Shown here in pieces: positions 19,039 to 29,543 of a stretch of 64,000 nucleotides of DNA. Source of the DNA: an uncultured Haloferula sp. GTDB lineage: Bacteria; Verrucomicrobiota; Verrucomicrobiia; Verrucomicrobiales; Akkermansiaceae. Position 1 is the first letter of the stretch; each line of letters begins with the position of its first letter. The notes beneath the pieces were generated by a model. That model had not been told where the DNA came from. It was given only the letters and a program-made list of their open reading frames with translations, and searched no databases. The stretch covers positions 51,258 through 115,257 of the forward strand of contig CBFGTS010000013.1 of the NCBI GenBank assembly GCA_965652295.1, given 5' to 3'. Position numbers and translations under genes: made by a program.

Positions 19039-20637
19039 ATGGAAGAAAAAGTCCGGGAACTGGTGGAGCGGTTCTTCGAATGGGACAGGGAAGAGGTGAC
19101 CGCGATCTTTCAGGAACTGCTGCTCGGTATGGAAGCCGAAGAAGGCCTGCCTCCCGGCGGGCTGATGTCCCGCAACTACGACACCGCGCAGGCGAATCCC
19201 GAAATCCATACGCTGCCCGGCAATTTGAAAGACGCGCGCGATGCCATCTTCCCCTTCTTCTGGGGCACCGACGGCTGGTATTCGCCGCTGCACCTCGAGA
19301 ACGTCAAGGGTCCGGCCAACCTCGCCTCGCTGATCGGCGCGCTGGCCTGCCTGCTCAAGGACCCGAACCTCTGCGTGGACACCTATTGCCTGCGTTCGAA
19401 CGAGCTTGAGGTGAAATCCATCACCGCGCTGGCGAACCTGGTGTTCTATCACACCGAATCGCCCTGGGGTGTCTTCACCATGGGCGGCACGATTTCGAAC
19501 CTCTACGGCGGGAAGCTCGGCATCGAGAAGATCGTGCCGGGTGCGATGCAGACCGGTCTCGGCGGCCGCCGGGTGGTCGGGATCGTGTCCGAGGCCGGCC
19601 ACTACTCGAACGCCACCCTCGCCGGCTGGCTCGGCATCGGCACTGACAACCTGATCGCGATCCCGACCGATGAACGGTTCGCCATGCGCGTGGACCTGCT
19701 CGCCGAAAAGCTCGACCGCCTCTACTCCGAAGGCGCGGCGGTGGCTTTCGTCATCGGCACCTTCGGGACCACCGACGCCTATGGGATCGATGACATCGCC
19801 GCAATCCGGCGGACGATCCGTGAGGCCGCGGAAAAACACGGCGCGATCGAGCCCCACCTGCACGTGGACGCGGCCGTCGGCTGGGTCAGCTGTTTCCTCA
19901 CCGACTACGACCTGGATGCCAACCCGCTGCGGTTTCCGGACACACTCAAACCGATCGTGCGGGCGACTCAGGAACTCACCGTCGGTTTCCGCGAGGCGGA
20001 CTCCGTGACCATCGATTTCCACAAAATGGGATGGGGGCACTACCCATCGAGCGCGATGATCGTCAACCGCCGCGCCGACTTGTCCCGCCTGTTCCGCGAG
20101 AAGAAGGACGTGCCTTACTTCTCCGAGGCCGATTACCGGCACGATCCGGCGCTGTTCACGCTGGAATGCTCACGCCCGGCGATCGGCCCCTACACCGTGA
20201 TGGCCTCGCTCAATGCGATCGGGCTCGACGGCTACCGCCTGCTCATCGCCGATGCCTTCCACAAAGCGCGCTTGCTCAAGGAGCGCATCGAGGCGCTGCC
20301 CTACTGCAAGGTGCTCAACATGGAAAACCCCGGCCCGTCCGTGCTGTGGTGGGTGTTTCCCAAAGGACGCGACGCCAAGGCGATCCATGCCGACCTTCTG
20401 GCGGGCAAGCTCGGCGAGGGCGACCGCACCCGCTATTTCGGCGAGATCCATCATCTCTATCAGAAACGAGCCGAAACCATGGACGTGAGAAAGGATGCAC
20501 GACTGAGCTACACCTCCAGCACCGGATTCAGCCCCGGTGGATGCCAGGTGCCGGCGTGGAAAGCCGTGTTCTTCAACCCGAAAACCGACATGGCGGTCCT
20601 CGACAAGGTGATCGAGAGCATCGAGGAACTCGCGTGA
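19039..20637 (+). CDS. group II PLP-dependent decarboxylase
   Basis: GGTISNL, HYS, GTT...DD, HVDAA, DFHK (PLP lysine); substrate unknown. Confidence 0.85.
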   Translation: MEEKVRELVERFFEWDREEVTAIFQELLLGMEAEEGLPPGGLMSRNYDTAQANPEIHTLPGNLKDARDAIFPFFWGTDGWYSPLHLENVKGPANLASLIGALACLLKDPNLCVDTYCLRSNELEVKSITALANLVFYHTESPWGVFTMGGTISNLYGGKLGIEKIVPGAMQTGLGGRRVVGIVSEAGHYSNATLAGWLGIGTDNLIAIPTDERFAMRVDLLAEKLDRLYSEGAAVAFVIGTFGTTDAYGIDDIAAIRRTIREAAEKHGAIEPHLHVDAAVGWVSCFLTDYDLDANPLRFPDTLKPIVRATQELTVGFREADSVTIDFHKMGWGHYPSSAMIVNRRADLSRLFREKKDVPYFSEADYRHDPALFTLECSRPAIGPYTVMASLNAIGLDGYRLLIADAFHKARLLKERIEALPYCKVLNMENPGPSVLWWVFPKGRDAKAIHADLLAGKLGEGDRTRYFGEIHHLYQKRAETMDVRKDARLSYTSSTGFSPGGCQVPAWKAVFFNPKTDMAVLDKVIESIEELA

Positions 20638-20677
20638 TGGAAACATCCGGCGTCCGCCGGGCTCGTCCCCACAATGA

Positions 20678-20690
20678 ATAGAACGGTTTA
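20678..20690. promoter_or_regulatory. LacI-type operator (degenerate)
   Basis: ATAGAACGGTTTA upstream of the GPH transporter. Confidence 0.5.
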
Positions 20691-20735
20691 TTTTCTTGCT
20701 TGTGGCGGACAAAACCGGCTTGAAACCCCCAACGC

Positions 20736-22256
20736 ATGAATTCTCATCCGGCGCCCGACACCAAGCTCTCCTTCCGGGAGAAAGCAGGCTACAGCTTGGG
20801 AGATGCCTCGGCCAATTTCGTCTTCCAGATGTTTCTGGTGTTTCCCACGGCGTTCTATGTCGACGTGATGGGGATCAGCGCCGCCTCGATGGGCACCATG
20901 CTGTTGCTCGTCCGCTTCAGTGACGCGATCACCGACCCCATCATGGGATTCATCGCCGACCGCACGAAGCATCGCTGGGGAAAATTCAGGCCCTGGCTGC
21001 TGTGGTCCGCCCTGCCCTTCGCCTTGTTGTTCTGGGCCGCCTTCACCGTGCCGTCCGGACTCGGTGACACCGCACGCCTCTGGTACGCCGTCGGCACCTA
21101 CACCTTGCTCATGATGGCCTACACCATGAACAACGTGCCGTATTCCTCGCTCAACGGCGTCATGACGAGCGACGGCATCGAGCGGACCAGCGTGTCCTCC
21201 TACCGGTTCTTCGCGGCGATGTGCGCCGCCTTCATCGTCCAGGGTTTCACCTTGCCGCTGGTGAGCAAGTTCGGCGACGGTGACCCCGCCCGTGGCTGGT
21301 CGGTCACCGTCGCCCTGTTCGCGGGCATTTCGGTGATCTTTTTCATCATCACCTTCTTCAGCGTGAAGGAGCGGGTCGAGCCGCCGGCCAACCAGAAGCC
21401 GGACCTCAAACAGGATTTCAGGGACATCGGACGCAACCGGCCGTGGCTGGCGATGTTCGGCATGACCCTGTTCGTCTTCATCACCCTCGCGCTCCGCGGA
21501 AACGCCGGATACGTGCATTTCAAATACTACCTCGACTCGGAAACGTTGAGGACCTTCATCGAAAGCCTCGGCTTCTATGCCACGCCCACCGCACTGGAGA
21601 GTCCGGGCCTCGGCTTCAAGGCGCTCGATCTCTTCGGGCTGATCCTCAAGCCCGGCGACAGCCCTGTGGCGATCGGCTTCAGCCTCTTCAATATGACCAG
21701 CAGCCTGGTCAACATCATCGGCGTGCTCGCCGCCAAACCGCTGGCGCGGATCTTCGGCAAGAAGATGGTATTCGTCGTCGGACTCGCCGGAGCCGCCCTT
21801 TGCCAATCGTTGGTTTCCTTCGCGTCACCGACGGACATTCCGTGGGTGTTCCTGCTCACCGTCCTCACCAGCATGTGCTACGGCCCCACCATTCCCCTGC
21901 TCTGGGCGATGATCGCGGACACCGCGGACTGGGGAGAGTGGAAGTCCCACCGCCGTTCCACCGGCTTCGTTTTCGCCGGAATGGTCTTCGCGCTGAAGGC
22001 TGGTCTCGGTGTCGGCGGAGCCCTGGCCGGTTGGCTTCTGGCAGCCTACGGCTACAGCCCGGAAACCGCCACCCAGCCCGAGGTTCTCCGCGGCATCCGG
22101 CTGCTCGTGGGTCTCTGGTCGGGAGGATTTTTCTCCGTGGGCGTGGTCTTCATGCTCTTCTATCCGATCACCAAACGGATGGAGCAGCGGATGGCCGAAG
22201 AGCTGGAAAGCCGTCGCCGAGAGGTCATGCCTTCCGCAATGCCCGGGGCGGTCTAG
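20736..22256 (+). CDS. glycoside-pentoside-hexuronide (GPH) MFS symporter
   Basis: EKAGYSLGD, DAITDPIMG..ADRT..RWGKFRPW, WAMIAD..D; xylan context. Confidence 0.9.
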   Translation: MNSHPAPDTKLSFREKAGYSLGDASANFVFQMFLVFPTAFYVDVMGISAASMGTMLLLVRFSDAITDPIMGFIADRTKHRWGKFRPWLLWSALPFALLFWAAFTVPSGLGDTARLWYAVGTYTLLMMAYTMNNVPYSSLNGVMTSDGIERTSVSSYRFFAAMCAAFIVQGFTLPLVSKFGDGDPARGWSVTVALFAGISVIFFIITFFSVKERVEPPANQKPDLKQDFRDIGRNRPWLAMFGMTLFVFITLALRGNAGYVHFKYYLDSETLRTFIESLGFYATPTALESPGLGFKALDLFGLILKPGDSPVAIGFSLFNMTSSLVNIIGVLAAKPLARIFGKKMVFVVGLAGAALCQSLVSFASPTDIPWVFLLTVLTSMCYGPTIPLLWAMIADTADWGEWKSHRRSTGFVFAGMVFALKAGLGVGGALAGWLLAAYGYSPETATQPEVLRGIRLLVGLWSGGFFSVGVVFMLFYPITKRMEQRMAEELESRRREVMPSAMPGAV

Positions 22257-22380
22257 GAACAAAACTCCCACTCCCGCCGAAATCCGATGCGACCGCCGTT
22301 CCACCACCCAACCCAGGCCCCGAAAACCAACGCTGCCGACCGTCTTTCTCCGGCTAAAGCCTTGCAATCCGTCGGTGTAA

Positions 22381-22393
22381 ATTAAACGTTTCA
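22381..22393. promoter_or_regulatory. LacI-type operator
   Basis: ATTAAACGTTTCA just upstream of GH43. Confidence 0.7.
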
Positions 22394-22399
22394 ACCGAG

Positions 22400-24070
22400 A
22401 TGAAGCCAGTCTCCTCCCACTCGTCACGAAGCGTCGCTCCTTCCATGGTGAATTCCTGCCCGGTCAAGCCCGGCGACATTCGGAATCCGATTCTGAAAGG
22501 CTTCAACCCCGATCCCTCGATCCTCCGTGTTGAAAACGACTACTTCATCGCCTGCTCCACCTTCGAGTGGTATCCCGGCGTCCAGATCCATCACTCCCGG
22601 GATTTGGTGAATTGGCACCTGCTGGGCCGCCCGCTCGACCGGCCGGGCCAGCTGGACATGATCGGCAATCCGGATTCCGGCGGCGTCTGGGCACCGTGTC
22701 TTTCCTACGCCAACGGCCTCTACTATCTCATTTACTCCGACATGAAGGCGTGGAAGGGCAACGCCTACAAGGTCGCCCGCAACTACCTCGTCACCGCGCC
22801 CTCCCCGGAGGGTCCGTGGTCGGACCCGGTTTTCCTCAACGCCAGCGGTTTCGATCCCTCGTTTTTCCATGACGACGACGGCCGCATGTGGCTTCTCAAC
22901 ATGCTCTGGGATCACCGCACCGGCCACAATCGCTTCGCCGGCATCCTGCTTCAGGAATTCTGTCCCGAGACCCATCAGCTGATCGGTCCCGTGACGAATA
23001 TCTTCAAAGGCACCGAGCGGGGTCTCGTGGAAGGCCCCCACCTTTACAAACGCAATGGCTGGTACTATCTCCTGACCGCCGAGGGCGGCACCGAGTATCG
23101 CCACGCCTGCACCCTGGCCCGGTCCCGGCGGATCGAGGGACCTTACGAGTTGCACCCGGACGGGCATCTCCTCACTTCGGACGGATCGCCGCAGCTTCCC
23201 TTGCAGAAGGCCGGGCACGGATCGCTGGTGGAAACGCCCGCGGGCGAGTGGTATCTCGCTCACCTTTGCGGTCGCCCGGTCGATGGCAAACACTGCACCC
23301 TGGGCCGGGAAACCGCGCTGCAGAAGTGCGTGTGGGGAGATGACGATTGGCTGCGTCCCAAGCAGGGAGGCACGTCGCCCGACGTGTGTGTCGAAGGTCC
23401 TCTCGGACTCGCAGCCGCGCCGTTTGACTCATCCCCCTGGAACGGCCTCTTCGATGGGCCGGCGCTCGATCTTCATTTCCAGAGCCTGCGTCGCCCGATC
23501 ACGGATGGCTGGCTGAGTCTGACGGAACGCCCGGGATACCTGCGGCTCAAAGGCATGGAGCCCACGGTCAGCTGCTTCCGCCAGAGCCTCATCGCCCGCC
23601 GCGTCCAGGCCTTCGACATCACGGCGGAAACGTCCGTCGAGTTCGATCCCACCAGCTTCCAGCAGATGGCGGGCCTCATCGCCTACTACGACACGGAAAA
23701 CCACTACTACCTGCGGCTCAGTCACGACGAAGACCTCGGGCGCTCCCTTAACATCATCGCCACGGATGCCGGTCACAGCGGTGAAGTGCTTGATGAAGAT
23801 ATCGCCGTCCCCGCGACGGGCCCAATCGGCATGCGGCTGCATTTCAAGAAAACCGAGCTCCGTTTCGAGTTCCGCGCGCCGGAAGGAAGCTGGCAGGCGA
23901 TCGGCCCTGTCCTCAACGGCGCGATCCTTTCCGATGACTACCATCATCTCGGGTTCACCGGAGCGTTCGTAGGCATCTGCTGCCAGGACCTCACCGGACG
24001 GAAGCTCCACGCCGACTTCTCCTGTTTTCATTATTCCGAGAACGACAACGTCCCGGCGGAAGACGGATGA
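22400..24070 (+). CDS. GH43 beta-xylosidase (XynB-like, no signal peptide)
   Basis: [31 protein letters not shown]-terminal beta-sandwich ending FTGAFVG. Confidence 0.9.
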   Translation: MKPVSSHSSRSVAPSMVNSCPVKPGDIRNPILKGFNPDPSILRVENDYFIACSTFEWYPGVQIHHSRDLVNWHLLGRPLDRPGQLDMIGNPDSGGVWAPCLSYANGLYYLIYSDMKAWKGNAYKVARNYLVTAPSPEGPWSDPVFLNASGFDPSFFHDDDGRMWLLNMLWDHRTGHNRFAGILLQEFCPETHQLIGPVTNIFKGTERGLVEGPHLYKRNGWYYLLTAEGGTEYRHACTLARSRRIEGPYELHPDGHLLTSDGSPQLPLQKAGHGSLVETPAGEWYLAHLCGRPVDGKHCTLGRETALQKCVWGDDDWLRPKQGGTSPDVCVEGPLGLAAAPFDSSPWNGLFDGPALDLHFQSLRRPITDGWLSLTERPGYLRLKGMEPTVSCFRQSLIARRVQAFDITAETSVEFDPTSFQQMAGLIAYYDTENHYYLRLSHDEDLGRSLNIIATDAGHSGEVLDEDIAVPATGPIGMRLHFKKTELRFEFRAPEGSWQAIGPVLNGAILSDDYHHLGFTGAFVGICCQDLTGRKLHADFSCFHYSENDNVPAEDG

Positions 24071-24086
24071 ACCCACATTCCTTCCG

Positions 24087-26237
24087 ATGAAGTTGAACTG
24101 CCGCAGCATCTTGTGGACGCTGGCACTCCTGCCGCTGTCCCTCATCGCGGAGGATGGCTATCGCCTTTGGATGGGCTATGACACCCTGGAGCCCCAGGCA
24201 GTGCGCCGGCTTTCGCCCCACCTGACCGCCCTGTGTGCACCGGGTGCCTCCGAAATCCAGCGATCCACGCGCCGCGAAATCCTCAAAGCCATCCCCGCGC
24301 TGCTGGACACGGATTTTCCCGAGATCGACGCCGTCACGCAGGATGGCGTCGTCGTTGTCGGAACACCCGAAAGCTCTCCCACCATCGCCCGGTTGGAACT
24401 GGCCGACGAACTGGCAGGGATCGGACCTTCCGGGTTCCTGATTCGCTCCACGGAGGTCGAAGGTCACCGCGTGACGGTGATCGCGGCTCCCGACGACCAA
24501 GGCGCTCTCTACGGCGCTTTCGCTTTCCTCCGCCACCTCCAGAACGGCCACCCTCTCGACGCCCTTTCCCTGAAAGAACGGCCACGATTCCAGCTGCGCC
24601 TGCTCAATCACTGGGACAACCTCGATGGCACGATCGAGCGGGGCTATGCCGGCAGCTCCCTTTGGCCATGGGCCGAGCTACCGGACGAGGTGCCCCCCCG
24701 GCTCACCGACTACGCCCGCGCCAATGCCTCGGTCGGACTGAACGGCACCGTGCTCAACAACGTCAATGCCAGCTCCAGGAGCCTCACGCCGGAGTATCTT
24801 GAGAAAGCCGCAGCGATCGCCGGCACCCTGCGACCCTACGGCATCCGCGTGTTTCTCAGCGCCCGGTTTTCCTCACCCATCGAACTCGGCGGACTCGACA
24901 CCGCGGACCCGGCCGACCCGCGCGTGCTCGCCTGGTGGGAGAAAAAGGTCTCGGAGATCTACTCGTTCATTCCCGACTTCGGCGGCTTTCTCGTGAAGGC
25001 GAACAGCGAGGGCCAACCCGGCCCCCTCACCTACGGTCGCACCCATGCCGACGGTGCCAACATGCTTGCCGCCGCCCTGCGGCCCCATGGCGGCATCGTG
25101 ATGTGGCGGGCCTTCGTCTACGACCCGGCACCCGGTTCCGACCGCATCGCCCAGGCTTACGATGCGATGAAGCCGCTTGATGGCGGGTTCGCGCCCAATG
25201 TCATCGTCCAGGTCAAGAACGGCCCGCTCGACTTCCAGCCGCGCGAACCTTTCCACCCCTTGTTCGGAGGCATGGCGAAATCCCAGATCATGCCCGAACT
25301 GCAGATCACCCAGGAATACCTCGGCCACTCCCGGCAGCTCGCCTACCTCGCGCCCATGTGGGAGGAGTTCTTCAACGCCGACACCTTTGCGCAAGGCAAG
25401 GGATCCATCGTGGCGGAGACCGTGGATGGGTCCCTCTTTCCCCAGAAACTGACCGCCATCGCCGGCGTCGCCAACACGGGCAGCGACCGCAACTGGACCG
25501 GCCATCCCCTCGCCCAGAGCAACTGGTATGCCTTCGGCCGCCTCGCATGGAATCCCGACCTCGATCCGGAAAGCATCGCGCGGGAATGGATCACCATGAC
25601 CCTCACCCGCGACGAAACGGCCGTAGCGACCCTGGCTGAGCTGTTGATGGAATCCCACGAAGCCGTCGTGAACTACTCGATGCCCCTCGGCCTTCACCAC
25701 CTCATGTGGGAAGGCCACCACTACGGTCCCCAGCCGTGGTGCGACCATCTCCCGCGGGCCGATTGGAACCCGACCTACTTCCATCGTGCCGCCGCGGATG
25801 GCATCGGCTTCGATCGCACAAAATCCGGCAGCAACGCCGTCGCCCAGTACCACCCCGAGGTCCGCGCACGCTTCTCCGATCCCTCCACCTGTCCCGATGC
25901 ATACCTCCTCTGGTTCCACCACCTGCCGTGGGATTTCAAAATGAAGTCAGGCAAGACCCTCTGGGACGAACTCTGTCTTCACTACCAGCAGGGCGTGGAC
26001 TGGATGGGCGAAGCCCGCGACCAGTGGTCGTCCGTGAAGGATCAGATCCATCCGGACATTCATGCGGAGGTCGGTCGACGGCTTGCCATCCAGCAGCGGG
26101 ATGCCATCCGCTGGCGCGATGCATGCCTCCTCTACTTCCAGACGTTCTCCGGTCTGCCGTTCCCTTCACGAGTCGGACCCGTGGTAACTCCGCTTGCAGA
26201 AGCCAGAACCATCGATCCCCTCGAATCGGATCGCTGA
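24087..26237 (+). CDS. aguA: GH67 alpha-glucuronidase
   Basis: [45 protein letters not shown]. Confidence 0.93.
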   Translation: MKLNCRSILWTLALLPLSLIAEDGYRLWMGYDTLEPQAVRRLSPHLTALCAPGASEIQRSTRREILKAIPALLDTDFPEIDAVTQDGVVVVGTPESSPTIARLELADELAGIGPSGFLIRSTEVEGHRVTVIAAPDDQGALYGAFAFLRHLQNGHPLDALSLKERPRFQLRLLNHWDNLDGTIERGYAGSSLWPWAELPDEVPPRLTDYARANASVGLNGTVLNNVNASSRSLTPEYLEKAAAIAGTLRPYGIRVFLSARFSSPIELGGLDTADPADPRVLAWWEKKVSEIYSFIPDFGGFLVKANSEGQPGPLTYGRTHADGANMLAAALRPHGGIVMWRAFVYDPAPGSDRIAQAYDAMKPLDGGFAPNVIVQVKNGPLDFQPREPFHPLFGGMAKSQIMPELQITQEYLGHSRQLAYLAPMWEEFFNADTFAQGKGSIVAETVDGSLFPQKLTAIAGVANTGSDRNWTGHPLAQSNWYAFGRLAWNPDLDPESIAREWITMTLTRDETAVATLAELLMESHEAVVNYSMPLGLHHLMWEGHHYGPQPWCDHLPRADWNPTYFHRAAADGIGFDRTKSGSNAVAQYHPEVRARFSDPSTCPDAYLLWFHHLPWDFKMKSGKTLWDELCLHYQQGVDWMGEARDQWSSVKDQIHPDIHAEVGRRLAIQQRDAIRWRDACLLYFQTFSGLPFPSRVGPVVTPLAEARTIDPLESDR

Positions 26238-26278
26238 CGGAAAGCGGACGGCGACACTTCCCCTCCAGTCTGAAACCC

Positions 26279-26306
26279 GGACGGCCGCGATCTCTCGCGG
26301 CCGTCC
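26279..26306. terminator. hairpin between convergent genes
   Basis: GGACGGCCGCGA-TCTC-TCGCGGCCGTCC perfect 12-bp stem. Confidence 0.55.
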
Positions 26307-26339
26307 ATATGATAAGGGGGGGATAAAAAACAGGGCGGA

Positions 26340-27059
26340 TCAGGCCCGGCGGCGGCGAACCAGTGCCGGGAGGGCGAACGCGCCAAGCAGCACCATGGAG
26401 CTGCTCGGTTCCGGGACGGCGGTGAAGCCCACGGAAACCTCGCCCCACTGCCAACCTCCGTTCCATCCGACCTGCTGCGATCCGGCCACGCCGCCAAGAC
26501 CCGAGCCGGCGGCTACCGAACCACCGCCGATTCCCGAGTTGGCATCCGCCCAGCCGTCCTTGTCGACGACGGAGGTGGAGAAGGGATTCACCGTGGCGTC
26601 GTCGGACGGTCCGTTGTTCACGCCCAGGAAGTTCACGATGTACTGGTTGTCCGCCCCTGTAGCAATCGTTTGCCCGCTTCCGGTGGCAACAGGTGCAGCC
26701 GTATCCACCCCACTCAGCTCATAGATGAAGTAGGCCGTGTTGGCGGAGGCCGAGCCAAAGCTGTGAACGAAACTGGCGGACGTTCCCGCATTGTGGAAGT
26801 AAGCCAGAGAAGTCCGGCTGTTCTGCACCGTGCCGTCTGCCGCGACACCGTTGTAGGTGGCACCGACCAGGCTGTAGTCGGCGTCAGCATAGGTTCCGAA
26901 CACCAAAGTGTTCCCTGGACTGGCCAACGTGTAGCTGACGGTGCCCGTTCCCGTGGTTGCGTCGAAGCTCCCGCTCTGGGTGTTGACGACCGAAATGGCC
27001 GCGGAGGCGGTGCCAACAATGGTCAGACTGATCAATGTAGAGATTGCAGATGCCTTCAT
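26340..27059 (-). CDS. PEP-CTERM surface protein
   Basis: signal peptide MKASAIS..; VPEPS + TM + RRRR. Confidence 0.9.
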   Translation of the reverse strand: MKASAISTLISLTIVGTASAAISVVNTQSGSFDATTGTGTVSYTLASPGNTLVFGTYADADYSLVGATYNGVAADGTVQNSRTSLAYFHNAGTSASFVHSFGSASANTAYFIYELSGVDTAAPVATGSGQTIATGADNQYIVNFLGVNNGPSDDATVNPFSTSVVDKDGWADANSGIGGGSVAAGSGLGGVAGSQQVGWNGGWQWGEVSVGFTAVPEPSSSMVLLGAFALPALVRRRRA

Positions 27060-27145
27060 TCGTTTGGGGTTTTTGTTTGGGGGCCGAAGGCTCCCGCGCC
27101 AGGAATGCCCGACGTGGGGAAACATGACCTTCGAATCGCACTCTA

Positions 27146-27191
27146 ATTAAACGTTACAGCTTCGGCCGCAAGCAAAAAATAGAACGTTTCA
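27146..27191. promoter_or_regulatory. two LacI-type operators upstream of PEP-CTERM gene
   Basis: ATTAAACGTTACA (27146-27158) and ATAGAACGTTTCA (27179-27191). Confidence 0.7.
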
Positions 27192-27237
27192 TTCCTGATG
27201 GGCGTTCCGTCTCGGAAGCGACCCTTCCGGCACAAGC

Positions 27238-28368
27238 TCAATGGCCTTTTCCCAACTCCACCACCGCCTGGAACGCGGGTTTAGGGTCGCGGTTCCGGTC
27301 GAAGAGCAGCGGGTGGTTCGTCCGGCCCCGGATCGGAAAGCCATTGAGCCACGACTGACCGTCGTTCAAACCCCAGAACGTGATGCGATCGATGCTCCGG
27401 CGGTGCTTCAGATAGACTTCGAAGATCTCGCGGTATCGCTCGGCCAGTTTTTCCTGCATCTCTTCCGGCAGACCCTCCGTGTAGGGGTTGGTGGCGGAAT
27501 CCCCCTCCTCGCGGCGGCTGATGTCGGCGTTGCCGAAAGCACCACGGTTGGGAAGCACATCGACATCGAGCTCCGTGATCATCACTTTCAGCCGCAGCCC
27601 GGCGAATGCCTTGATCGTCTTTTCGATTTCGTCGACCGATGGATGGTTCAGGTGAAAGTGGGACTGGGTGCCGATCCCATCGATCGGAACTCCCCGGCGC
27701 AGCAGCCCACGCACGAGCTTCACGCAGTTCTCGCGCTTCCGTTCGTTTTCGAGACCATAGTCGTTGTAGTAGAGCTCCGCCTTGGGGTCGGCCTCGCGGG
27801 CGAAACGGAACGCGTGGTCGATGAAATCATCGCCAATGATCCGACGCCACGGCGAGTCCCGGAGGATGTCGTCGCCCCCGTCGGAAAGAGCCTCGTTCAC
27901 CACGTCCCAGCCCTTCACCTTCCCCTTGTAGCGGCCGGCGACTTTGAAAATGTGCTCCTTCATCCGCGCCAGCAGCTCCTCCCGCGTCGCGTCCCCGCCG
28001 TCCTCCCCTGCGAAGACCCAGCGCGGCGTCTGGCTGTGCCAGACGAGCGTGTGTCCGATCACCTCCATCCGGTGTTTCCGTGCGAACCGGATGTACTCGT
28101 CCGCCGCATCGAAGCGATACTCCTTCGGCTCCGGATGCAGCGACTGCCACTTCATGTCGTTTTCCGCGGTGAGCGACGAAAACTGTTCCCCGGCAAGCTC
28201 TCCTGCCGCCTGGTTCTGTCCATTCACCATGGAGGTGTTGAGAGCCACTCCGATCGAAAAGTCGTTCTTGAAAACCTCCCTCAGCGTTGGCTCCGCGGCA
28301 GCGGCAATGCCGCAGGCGATGGAGACGGCGGCGACGGAGGACAGGGCGGATTGGAATCGTTGGATCAT
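27238..28368 (-). CDS. GH10 endo-1,4-beta-xylanase
   Basis: ENDMKW, GHTLVWHSQ, WDVVNE, YYNDY, ITELD; signal peptide. Confidence 0.93.
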   Translation of the reverse strand: MIQRFQSALSSVAAVSIACGIAAAAEPTLREVFKNDFSIGVALNTSMVNGQNQAAGELAGEQFSSLTAENDMKWQSLHPEPKEYRFDAADEYIRFARKHRMEVIGHTLVWHSQTPRWVFAGEDGGDATREELLARMKEHIFKVAGRYKGKVKGWDVVNEALSDGGDDILRDSPWRRIIGDDFIDHAFRFAREADPKAELYYNDYGLENERKRENCVKLVRGLLRRGVPIDGIGTQSHFHLNHPSVDEIEKTIKAFAGLRLKVMITELDVDVLPNRGAFGNADISRREEGDSATNPYTEGLPEEMQEKLAERYREIFEVYLKHRRSIDRITFWGLNDGQSWLNGFPIRGRTNHPLLFDRNRDPKPAFQAVVELGKGH

Positions 28369-28408
28369 GCTCTTCTAAGAGGTCGCAGGTGAAAAGGTGG
28401 TCTCCGAT

Positions 28409-29311
28409 TCATTTGAAAAGGCGCCCGGCGAAGTAGTGGAGACTGCTGGCCCAGTGGGCGGGATCATGACCGTGACCGTCCACGTGCCAGACGTGGGGAA
28501 CATCGTGCTCCTTCAGGTAGCGGTGCGTATCCTGGCTGTAGTTGATCAGCCCGTCCTTGTTGCCACAGGTGATCACCAGCAGCTTGATCTTGTCCCTGGC
28601 TGCGGCGGGATCGGGCACCAGCTCCGCAGCGGGCCGGGTGTTCGGAGCGGCGGAAAAGGCACCGATCCACGCAAAGGAATCCAAGTGGGTCAGCCCGAAG
28701 TTCAAGGTTTGCCCGCCGCCCATCGACAGCCCCGCCAAAGCCCGGTGCTCAGGGCCCGCCTTCGTTTGAAACTCCTTCTCGATCGCCGGGATCACGTCCT
28801 CCAGCAGATCGCGTTCGAACACCGCGAAGGCCGGAGCCGAAGCGAACACGTCTCCTTCCGCCCGGTCGTTCTTCTGCGCCCGGCCGTTGGGCATGACCAC
28901 GATCATCGGAACCGCCTTCTTCGCCGCGATCAGATTGTCCATCAATGCATCCACCGCCGCGAATCGCTGCCACTCCGTCTCATCCCCTCCGATCCCATGC
29001 AGCAGATAGAGCACCGGATACCGATCCTCCTTTGAATAGCCGGGCGGCGTGTACACCTGCATCTTCCGCGTCGTGCCGACGGTCTTCGACTCGTATTCCA
29101 CCATCTGCAACCTCCCGGCGGGAATTTCCGGATTCCGCCGGTTGAAGCCCTCCGGCGGCGCTTCGAACGCAGGTCGGTCATCCGGCTGCAGCGCAATGGG
29201 ACGTGCGAACGCCTCCGCAGGGTCCGGCCCTTTCGTGTCCTGAGCCCCAGCGGGGTGGACTCCGACGAGAGGGGCTAGAATCGAGCCGACTACGAGGATC
29301 TTCACGCGCAT
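28409..29311 (-). CDS. CE1-type esterase (feruloyl/acetylxylan esterase-like)
   Basis: VYTPPGY, YLLHGIGG, GLSMGG nucleophile elbow; start uncertain (ATGs at 29311/29314/29317). Confidence 0.85.
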   Translation of the reverse strand: MRVKILVVGSILAPLVGVHPAGAQDTKGPDPAEAFARPIALQPDDRPAFEAPPEGFNRRNPEIPAGRLQMVEYESKTVGTTRKMQVYTPPGYSKEDRYPVLYLLHGIGGDETEWQRFAAVDALMDNLIAAKKAVPMIVVMPNGRAQKNDRAEGDVFASAPAFAVFERDLLEDVIPAIEKEFQTKAGPEHRALAGLSMGGGQTLNFGLTHLDSFAWIGAFSAAPNTRPAAELVPDPAAARDKIKLLVITCGNKDGLINYSQDTHRYLKEHDVPHVWHVDGHGHDPAHWASSLHYFAGRLFK

Positions 29312-29315
29312 CATC

Positions 29316-29328
29316 ATTAAACGTTTCA
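29316..29328. promoter_or_regulatory. LacI-type operator
   Basis: ATTAAACGTTTCA at the start of the CE1-GH10 unit. Confidence 0.7.
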
Positions 29329-29526
29329 CTGCCCTGAGTCCTATCGATCCATTCCCGGGAAATCAAGTTCCGTCCCTGAGTTCTCAATGACATCCTTCCT
29401 TACGCGGCCGAACGACCGTTTCGGCGGTCCGAGCCGCCCTTGGGAAGCCTCCGGGCTCGGAGAAAAGGGCTTTGCCAAACGCGCTTGAGCGCGGGGGTCG
29501 GATTTTTCTTGATCGGGCCAAGACTC

Positions 29527-29539
29527 TTAAACGTTCTAT
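29527..29539. promoter_or_regulatory. LacI-type operator
   Basis: TTAAACGTTCTAT (reverse complement ATAGAACGTTTAA) 4 bp before ATG 29544. Confidence 0.65.
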
Positions 29540-29543
29540 CCCC

